DNA of 32,000 nt from assembly GCA_964543385.1 (NCBI GenBank), contig CAZIYE010000004.1:1-32000 (forward strand), written 5' to 3'. A model generated the notes under the pieces. It did no database searches, had not been told where the DNA came from, and worked only from the letters and a program-made list of their open reading frames with translations. Each line of letters starts with the position of its first letter. Positions within the stretch are counted from its first letter, which is position 1. The translations under genes and the position numbers were made by a program. This document shows positions 26,542 to 32,000 of the stretch, piece by piece. The DNA is from an uncultured Candidatus Saccharibacteria bacterium (GTDB lineage: Bacteria > Patescibacteriota > UBA1384 > XYA2-FULL-43-10 > 1-14-0-10-43-13).

Positions 26542-27045
26542 TTAAACTATCTTTTGATTTGTTTGGCCATGGCAGATTGCAATAGCCAATGCATCAGCAG
26601 CATCATCTGGCTTTGGACAATCTTTGAGTTTGCATGTAACCTTTACCATTTCTTGTATCTGATTTTTGTCTGCCCTGCCATAACCAGTTAAGGCCTGTTT
26701 TACCTGTAAAGGCGTATACTCGAAGACTGGCAGACTGAAATTTTTTGCGACAACGATTGCCACCCCTCTTGCCTCGGCAACCGAAATTATTGTTTTCTGG
26801 TTTTTAAAGAAAAATAGTTCTTCAATCGCAAATTCATCTATCTGGTTTGTCCTAATTATATCAGATAAGGAATTGAAAATATGCAAAAGACGCTCGCTGC
26901 GCTCGCTATTTGCCGGAGTTCTTACACAACCATATTTTATAGGGATTATTTCAGATCCCCTTTTCTCTATTATCCCCCAGCCCATTATACCAGTCCCTGG
27001 ATCAATACCAAGAATTCTAATCGAGTTATTTTTTAATTTTTCCAT
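26542..27045 (-). CDS. ruvC: Crossover junction endodeoxyribonuclease RuvC
   Basis: 167 aa. 'ILGIDPGTGIMGWGII', 'AIEELFF', 'DAADALAIAICH' are RuvC catalytic blocks. Confidence 0.9.
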   Translation of the reverse strand: MEKLKNNSIRILGIDPGTGIMGWGIIEKRGSEIIPIKYGCVRTPANSERSERLLHIFNSLSDIIRTNQIDEFAIEELFFFKNQKTIISVAEARGVAIVVAKNFSLPVFEYTPLQVKQALTGYGRADKNQIQEMVKVTCKLKDCPKPDDAADALAIAICHGQTNQKIV

Positions 27046-27776
27046 TATAGATTAGCGTTTGAGTACACATTATTTACATCATCGAGATCATCGAGCGCTT
27101 CAAGTAAGATTTCGATTGATTCCATCTTGTCAGCCGGCACATCATTGTAAACTTTTGCCATTTGTATAGCCTCAGCACTGGTGACAACCACTCCGGCTGC
27201 CTCAAGATTAGATTTAACTGAATTTATATCAGGGAATTCGCAAGTAACTACGACAAGACCATCATCAACAGAAAAATCTGTAGCGCCAGAATCAATGATT
27301 GCCATTTGCATTTCTTCGCCCTTGAGAGGATTATTTGTCTCATCAATAATGATTTGACCAACCTTATTAAAAAGATAATTAACACTGCCAGCGGAGGCCA
27401 GAGTACCACCCTTTTTATTCAGAACAGCCCTGATTTCGCCTAGTGCTCGGTTCTTTGAGTCAGTTAGACATTCAATCATAATAGCGATACCTGCTGGTCC
27501 GTAGACTTCATAGATAATCTCTTCGAGTGCCGCACCACCATCAAGTCCCCCAAGACCTTTTTTGATTGCTCTATCGATATTGTCTTTTGGCATACTTACG
27601 GATTTTGCATTGTCGATGGCAATTCGAAGTCCTGGATTCATTGCTACGTCGCCGCTTTTACCATCACGAGCCGCGATAGTAATAAGTTTGGCTGCCTTGG
27701 TAAAAACCTTGGCGCGCTTAGAATCGATAATTGCTTTTTTATGTTTAGTTGTTGCCCATTTACTATGTCCCGACAT
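27045..27776 (-). CDS. yebC: YebC/PmpR family DNA-binding regulatory protein
   Basis: 243 aa. 'MSGHSKWATTKHKKAIIDSKRAKVFTK' is the canonical YebC N-terminus. 1-nt overlap with ruvC. Confidence 0.9.
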   Translation of the reverse strand: MSGHSKWATTKHKKAIIDSKRAKVFTKAAKLITIAARDGKSGDVAMNPGLRIAIDNAKSVSMPKDNIDRAIKKGLGGLDGGAALEEIIYEVYGPAGIAIMIECLTDSKNRALGEIRAVLNKKGGTLASAGSVNYLFNKVGQIIIDETNNPLKGEEMQMAIIDSGATDFSVDDGLVVVTCEFPDINSVKSNLEAAGVVVTSAEAIQMAKVYNDVPADKMESIEILLEALDDLDDVNNVYSNANL

Positions 27777-27816
27777 GATAAATCCCTAGTTTGTTAATTT
27801 TAACTCTACTCTAGCC

Positions 27817-28713
27817 TCAAATGGACGTTTTTTCAAGCTTACTATCCTTATTTTCGATTTTATCATTGTTCAAGATAAAGTTGACGTTATCATCTGTTTT
27901 GTCCGTCCTTAGTATCTCTATCGACGCTTGATTAAAATAATCGATCACAGCCTGATGCGGATGGCCGAATTGGTTATCTTTGCCAGCCATGACTATCACT
28001 GTTTTAGGCGTAGAAATCTCGTAAAGTCTTGGAAGCAAAGCATTACTGGAGCCATGATGAGGCACTTTGATAATTTCGCTCTGAAAGATATCTATCTTGC
28101 CAACTTTTTCATAATATTCCAACATGGCTTGTTGACCGTTTTTTTCTAGATCCCCCAGAGATAAAACACAATTGTCAAAATAGCAAATTTTTGACACAAG
28201 AGAGGTATCATTAAGATTACTTGTGCTTTTACTTACAAATTGATCTCCTGGCCAAATAAAGGCAATACTGGCGTTGGCTGCAAATTGTCTTCGATCCCCT
28301 ATTTTAGGTACATTGAAGGGAATCTTCTTGATTTTTATTTTTTCGAGAAATTCGATGTATTGGGAGGAGCTAGAAATAACGCCTGTACTCAATATCTCCC
28401 CTATCTCATACCGATCCATTAGTTGATTGATTCCAATAAGGTGATCGGCATGTGGATGCGTCAATACAACTAGTTCTATCTTGCGATCCATGGGTGGCAT
28501 CAGATCGCTAATTCTCGATAAAATACTATCATCAGGTCCACCGTCAATAATGATTTGGAAGTTATCTTTCTGAACGAGAGCTGCATCACCTTGGCCGACA
28601 TTCAAGAAACTGACTGAGAGCATATCCTTTTTTGGGATACGGAAAATATTTGCCGTTAGGAAGATAGCAATGCACAGCAAGATGCTAAATAATGATATAA
28701 GATAGCGGTTCAA
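27817..28713 (-). CDS. ComEC C-terminal-type metallo-beta-lactamase domain protein with its own N-terminal TM helix
   Basis: 298 aa. TTG start. TM 'YLISLFSILLCIAIFLTANIF', then 'VSFLNVGQGDAALVQ...IIIDGGP', 'THPHADHLIG', 'VPHHGS'. Confidence 0.8.
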   Translation of the reverse strand: MNRYLISLFSILLCIAIFLTANIFRIPKKDMLSVSFLNVGQGDAALVQKDNFQIIIDGGPDDSILSRISDLMPPMDRKIELVVLTHPHADHLIGINQLMDRYEIGEILSTGVISSSSQYIEFLEKIKIKKIPFNVPKIGDRRQFAANASIAFIWPGDQFVSKSTSNLNDTSLVSKICYFDNCVLSLGDLEKNGQQAMLEYYEKVGKIDIFQSEIIKVPHHGSSNALLPRLYEISTPKTVIVMAGKDNQFGHPHQAVIDYFNQASIEILRTDKTDDNVNFILNNDKIENKDSKLEKTSI

Positions 28714-28715
28714 TA

Positions 28716-30173
28716 CTATTTCCCAAAATTAATTGATGAAAGCGGGATATTAGCAAGAAATTCAACCATCCGCAGAATATATTCAAGACCTGGCCATAAT
28801 GCTGCAACTGCAACTTTGCCAATTGGATAACAAATAATACCAAGTAAGCCAGTGGCAAATGTGGCAAGCATAATCCAAGGAACTATCCAGACTACGAGGA
28901 TATTGGCGATTGGCGAAATTATAGAAACTAAGCCAAATTGGCAGAGAATCAGTGGAGTAACCGCAAATTGTGCACCCAAAGTTTCAGATAATGCTAACCT
29001 TACATTTTCCGGTAAGAAATTTGTCCTTTTCTTCTCTAGATATCGGGCTATCACCGGAGCCAAATAAATCAATCCGGCAAAGGCCAAGAAGGATAACTGG
29101 AAGCCAATATCATATGGCAAAATGTATGGATTCATCAAGACCATAACCATTGCTGCAAGAAGTAATAAATTAGTTTGATCTGCTCTTCTTCCGATGGTTG
29201 AGCCGAATAAGATGAGTAAAGAAAATATTGCTGCTCGAACTACGCTCGCCGAACCTCCGGTCATGACAACAAAGAGTGTAACTAAAATTATGCCCAGCAA
29301 AAAAGTTTGTCGACGGCCAAGATATATGACTAAAGATTTGGCGAATATTGCGATTAGGATTGTGACGTTAAAGCCCGACAAGGCAATAATATGAGTAAGT
29401 CCTGTTTTCTGGAGATCAAGCATCAGATCGTCCGGAATATTTTTCTTGACACCCAGCAATATACCAGAAGCTAAAGATGAGTGTGGCTCTGGCAATAATC
29501 TATTGAGAGAATTTTCAAAAGTGTTTGCTATGTTGTATAGAAAACCATATACCCTATCTGTTGGATTGGCTGAAAAACCTTGGAAACTAATTTTTGTAGG
29601 GCTTTTTATCTCTCCGACAATATGCCATCTCTTGAGATAGTTTTTATAGTCAAAACCAGAAAAATTCTCTGGTTCTGAAATTTTACCCTGCAAATTTAAA
29701 TATTCACCGAAATGATATTCTGGAAATGTAGGAAGACGAACAATTACTTTTGCCCCAATCATCTCTTCTGAAGTGGCACCGTCTGCTAAGCATTTCTCGA
29801 TGCTAATAACGACCTTTTGATTTTTGTAGTTTGGCTCAGGCCTCTGAGATATCTTTCCGACTATCTCTAAATCCTTTTCAAATGTTATATTTCGCTGATT
29901 TTTCCAATCATTGTATGAATAAAATCCAGATCCCAAAAAAAGAAAAAACAGACAAAAAGAGATAAGAACCAAAATTTTTGATTTGAACAAATAGTTAAAG
30001 AGTGCGGCACAAAGTAGTGCAATAATTACATATAAAAATATCTGCCACGACACGGAAAAATTAATATTTACGAGAGAGGCAATAAAAATACCAGCAAGAA
30101 ACGATGAACAGAGGACCGTAAAAATACGGTATGGATAATAAATATCTTTAAAGATTTTAGCTAGAGAAGCCAT
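28716..30173 (-). CDS. comEC: ComEC/Rec2 DNA-uptake channel (OB-fold/DUF4131 + Competence domains), lacking the MBL domain
   Basis: 485 aa. N-terminal TMs, an OB-like 'KVVISIEKC...GAKVIVRLP...GEYLNLQGKI' segment, and a competence core 'LASGILLGVKKNIP...TGLTHIIALSGFNVTIL'. Confidence 0.85.
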   Translation of the reverse strand: MASLAKIFKDIYYPYRIFTVLCSSFLAGIFIASLVNINFSVSWQIFLYVIIALLCAALFNYLFKSKILVLISFCLFFLFLGSGFYSYNDWKNQRNITFEKDLEIVGKISQRPEPNYKNQKVVISIEKCLADGATSEEMIGAKVIVRLPTFPEYHFGEYLNLQGKISEPENFSGFDYKNYLKRWHIVGEIKSPTKISFQGFSANPTDRVYGFLYNIANTFENSLNRLLPEPHSSLASGILLGVKKNIPDDLMLDLQKTGLTHIIALSGFNVTILIAIFAKSLVIYLGRRQTFLLGIILVTLFVVMTGGSASVVRAAIFSLLILFGSTIGRRADQTNLLLLAAMVMVLMNPYILPYDIGFQLSFLAFAGLIYLAPVIARYLEKKRTNFLPENVRLALSETLGAQFAVTPLILCQFGLVSIISPIANILVVWIVPWIMLATFATGLLGIICYPIGKVAVAALWPGLEYILRMVEFLANIPLSSINFGK

Positions 30174-30298
30174 TGGCCACAGCTTATATTAGGTTAACTT
30201 CACTATATCATAAAAAGTTTTTGGCGCGGATTGCTGTTGAATATTATGGCAAGTTATACTATTAATAGATTAAGGATTATTAAATTTATTTAAAGATT

Positions 30299-30793
30299 AT
30301 GAAAAAAGAAGATAAAAAAACCGTAAAACAGGAAGAAGCTCCCGAGGTTTCTGAAAATGAGCAAAAAATCGGCGAACTAACGCTTGGATGGCAACGCTGT
30401 CAGGCTGATTTTCAAAATTACCGCCGCCAAGTTGAAGAAGACCGTAAAAAATTACTTAAACTAGCTAATGCCGACCTTATGATGGAGATATTACCGGTAT
30501 TAGACAATTTTCAGCTTGCAGCTAAACATGTGCCGACAGAATTAGAAACCAACAATTGGGCACAAGGAATCAGACAAATCGAAAAGCAACTTGAGACTAT
30601 ATTGGAGAGCGAGGGCCTGACTCGAATACAGACTGTTGGCTCTGAATTTAATCCCCATCTTCACGAAGCTATAGAACACGTTGAGTCCAATCAGCCAGAG
30701 GGTATAATTACCGAAGAAATCTCTGCCGGTTATGAATTTGATGGTACATCACTTCGACCGGCTAAAGTGAAAGTCTCATGCGGAAATAAATAA
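30299..30793 (+). CDS. grpE: Nucleotide exchange factor GrpE (short form)
   Basis: 164 aa. 'RCQADFQNYRRQVEEDR', 'ILPVLDNFQLA', 'FNPHLHEAI' are GrpE blocks. Confidence 0.9.
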   Translation: MKKEDKKTVKQEEAPEVSENEQKIGELTLGWQRCQADFQNYRRQVEEDRKKLLKLANADLMMEILPVLDNFQLAAKHVPTELETNNWAQGIRQIEKQLETILESEGLTRIQTVGSEFNPHLHEAIEHVESNQPEGIITEEISAGYEFDGTSLRPAKVKVSCGNK

Positions 30794-30911
30794 TTTGCGT
30801 AATATATAGCAGACTTAATTAGCTATCGACTTAGACAGCTTGTCTTTTTTGTGTTATAAGGAATTCAGTGCCAATCATGGCCGAAACTCCCCTTTTCAAA
30901 AGGAGCCCCAT

Positions 30912-31220
30912 ATGTTGTTTGTGGACACATCACTGCTGTCAGCAGCAGGGGCAGTGATCTTCCGTGTCGGAGGTGGATTAGAAAGCATCACCATCGATGA
31001 CGTTGCACGGATCGTTGAACTTTACAACGGCGAAAGCAAGGAGCGACTCCTTGCACTGGCCTACATCGACGCGATCAAGGCGCGTGCCGCCTCGGACGGC
31101 AACACCGGCAAATTCGCCGAAATCGCCGCTGCGCTCGATGCTGCGCTCACCCCACGCGAGAAGGACATAACTCCCCTTCTCGAATCACTCCATCTGCCCG
31201 GAATGGGTGATGAGGGATAA
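30912..31220 (+). CDS. Hypothetical Ala-rich acidic protein on a high-GC islet between grpE and dnaK
   Basis: AAGGAG SD at 30900-30905, then ATG 30912. 102 aa: MLFVDTSLLSAAGAVIFRVGGGLESITIDDVARIVELYNGESKERLLALAYIDAIKARAASDG... Hand-counted GC is 175/309 (~57%). Followed by a GC-rich terminator. No family recognised. Confidence 0.6.
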   Translation: MLFVDTSLLSAAGAVIFRVGGGLESITIDDVARIVELYNGESKERLLALAYIDAIKARAASDGNTGKFAEIAAALDAALTPREKDITPLLESLHLPGMGDEG

Positions 31221-31254
31221 CATCCTCGAAAGCAAAAAGAGAGGGATCTCCACG

Positions 31255-31283
31255 CCGCCCATGGATTGGGCGGTTTTGCTTTT
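31255..31283 (+). terminator. Rho-independent terminator after the high-GC ORF
   Basis: 7-bp GC-rich stem ccgccca/tgggcgg, 5-nt loop, then ttttgctttt. Confidence 0.6.
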
Positions 31284-31351
31284 CTGGTCTTAATTTTGTC
31301 AATTACACACAATAAAATCGGATTGTCGCTTATAAAAAATCAAAAAAGGTC

Positions 31352-31400
31352 TTGACAAAATGTAAAGTCTACTTTACATTTTATATGTATTGGTTATAAT
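31352..31400 (+). promoter_or_regulatory. Candidate tandem sigma-70 promoters for dnaK
   Basis: P1: TTGACA (31352-57), 17 nt, TACATT (31375-80). P2: TTTACA (31373-78), 16 nt, TATAAT (31395-400). About 70-90 nt upstream of the dnaK ATG. Confidence 0.5.
31357..31382. promoter_or_regulatory. Perfect 12-2-12 inverted repeat (candidate operator) overlapping the dnaK promoter
   Basis: AAAATGTAAAGT-ct-ACTTTACATTTT. The arms are exact reverse complements. It spans the P1 spacer and -10 and the P2 -35. Confidence 0.5.
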
Positions 31401-31470
31401 ATAATCAAGCAATAACAATTGCCTTCGGGCAAGATTAACAAAGAAATTAAGTAATAAATAGGAGAACGAT

Positions 31471-32000
31471 ATGTCAAAGATCATCGGTATTGACCTTGGT
31501 ACTACAAATTCAGCCGTGGCTGTAATGGAAGGTGGCGAGGCAAAGATCATTACTTCAAGCGAAGGTGGACGCACAGTACCATCGATAGTTGCAGAAACTA
31601 AAAAGGGAGATAGATTAATTGGCCAACTAGCCAAGAGACAAGCTGTCACAAATGGTGATAATACTATTTTTTCGGTCAAACGTTTTATTGGTCGCAAATT
31701 TGATGATCCAGAAGTTCAGGCAGACCTCAAGAAAATGCCTTATGAGACCAAAAAGGCCTCTGATGGCTCCGTCCGAGTAATTATGAATGGCAAGGAATAT
31801 AGTTCTCAGGAAATCTCTGCTTTCATTCTACAAAAAATTAAGGCTGATGCTGAAACCTATCTAGGTGGCAAAGTAACAGAAGCTGTTATCACTGTACCTG
31901 CGTATTTCAATGATGCACAACGCCAAGCTACCAAAGACGCCGGTAAGATTGCTGGGCTTGAGGTAAAAAGAATTATCAACGAGCCAACAGCTGCGGCTCT
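31471..32000 (+). CDS. dnaK: Molecular chaperone DnaK (Hsp70), N-terminal part; continues past the window
   Basis: AGGAG SD 6 nt upstream. [22 protein letters not shown]...VPSIVA...[37 protein letters not shown]. Not in the ORF track because there is no stop in the window. Confidence 0.95.
   Translation, partial: MSKIIGIDLGTTNSAVAVMEGGEAKIITSSEGGRTVPSIVAETKKGDRLIGQLAKRQAVTNGDNTIFSVKRFIGRKFDDPEVQADLKKMPYETKKASDGSVRVIMNGKEYSSQEISAFILQKIKADAETYLGGKVTEAVITVPAYFNDAQRQATKDAGKIAGLEVKRIINEPTAAA

Noticed and set aside
28685-28867. 60-aa minus-strand ORF spanning the comEC junction
   Set aside because: It is an out-of-frame overlap with both ComEC-related ORFs and has no independent support. It does not bridge the two domains in a meaningful frame.
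30174-30298. Search for a CIRCE or HAIR heat-shock operator upstream of grpE (also 31221-31470)
   Set aside because: There is no match to TTAGCACTC-N9-GAGTGCTAA or CTTGAGT-N7-ACTCAAG by eye. Only generic AT-rich promoter-like hexamers are present upstream of grpE.
31061-31312. 83-aa minus-strand ORF within the high-GC islet
   Set aside because: It has a low-complexity Ser/Ala/Arg/Pro composition typical of antisense frames in GC-rich DNA. It has no SD and runs through the terminator stem. The plus-strand ORF with AAGGAG SD is the better model.
31374-31697. 107-aa minus-strand ORF
   Set aside because: It is antisense to the dnaK promoter, leader and the unmistakable DnaK N-terminus. It is a shadow ORF.
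1-32000. CRISPR arrays, IS elements, integrases, prophage or defence-system genes
   Set aside because: No repeat-spacer periodicity, terminal inverted repeats, transposase/integrase-like ORFs or nuclease/helicase defence signatures were seen anywhere in the window.

Overview
AT-rich (roughly mid-30s % GC by eye), very gene-dense bacterial chromosomal window. It reads with the standard code: TGA is the stop in several ATGA stop/start overlaps. The gene content suggests a small-genome Patescibacteria/CPR-like organism, but this is inference only. The cues are many tiny membrane proteins, a GT-C glycosyltransferase, a half-size TsaB, ComEC, an LCP protein and eno-gpmI. I call about 40 CDS, 3 tRNAs (Thr-CGU, Gly-CCC, Asp-GUC, all with encoded CCA), several intrinsic terminators and a few promoters. 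Recognisable genes are a membrane glycosylation operon (395-4837), a metzincin, an ECF sigma locus, eno-gpmI, a parvulin PPIase, LCP, tsaB-tsaE, an LTD/OB-fold surface protein, queA and queH, ruvB-ruvA, galT-like, ruvC-yebC, a split comEC, grpE and the 5' part of dnaK. No CRISPR array, transposase, integrase or rRNA was seen. The most interesting signals are these. (1) A block of three ATP-grasp amide-bond ligases sits inside the usually contiguous yebC-ruvC/ruvA-ruvB neighbourhood and is translationally coupled to ruvA. It comprises two tandem stand-alone GshF/cyanophycin-synthetase-type paralogs plus a divergent PGM1-type peptide ligase. (2) A ~57% GC ORF with its own SD and GC-rich terminator lies between grpE and dnaK. 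(3) A perfect 12-2-12 palindrome overlaps the dnaK promoter and is neither CIRCE nor HAIR. (4) An A10 tract separates a strong SD+ATG from a membrane-anchor ORF. (5) A 65-aa acidic protein has classical C2H2 zinc-finger spacing. (6) comEC is split into channel and MBL-domain genes.
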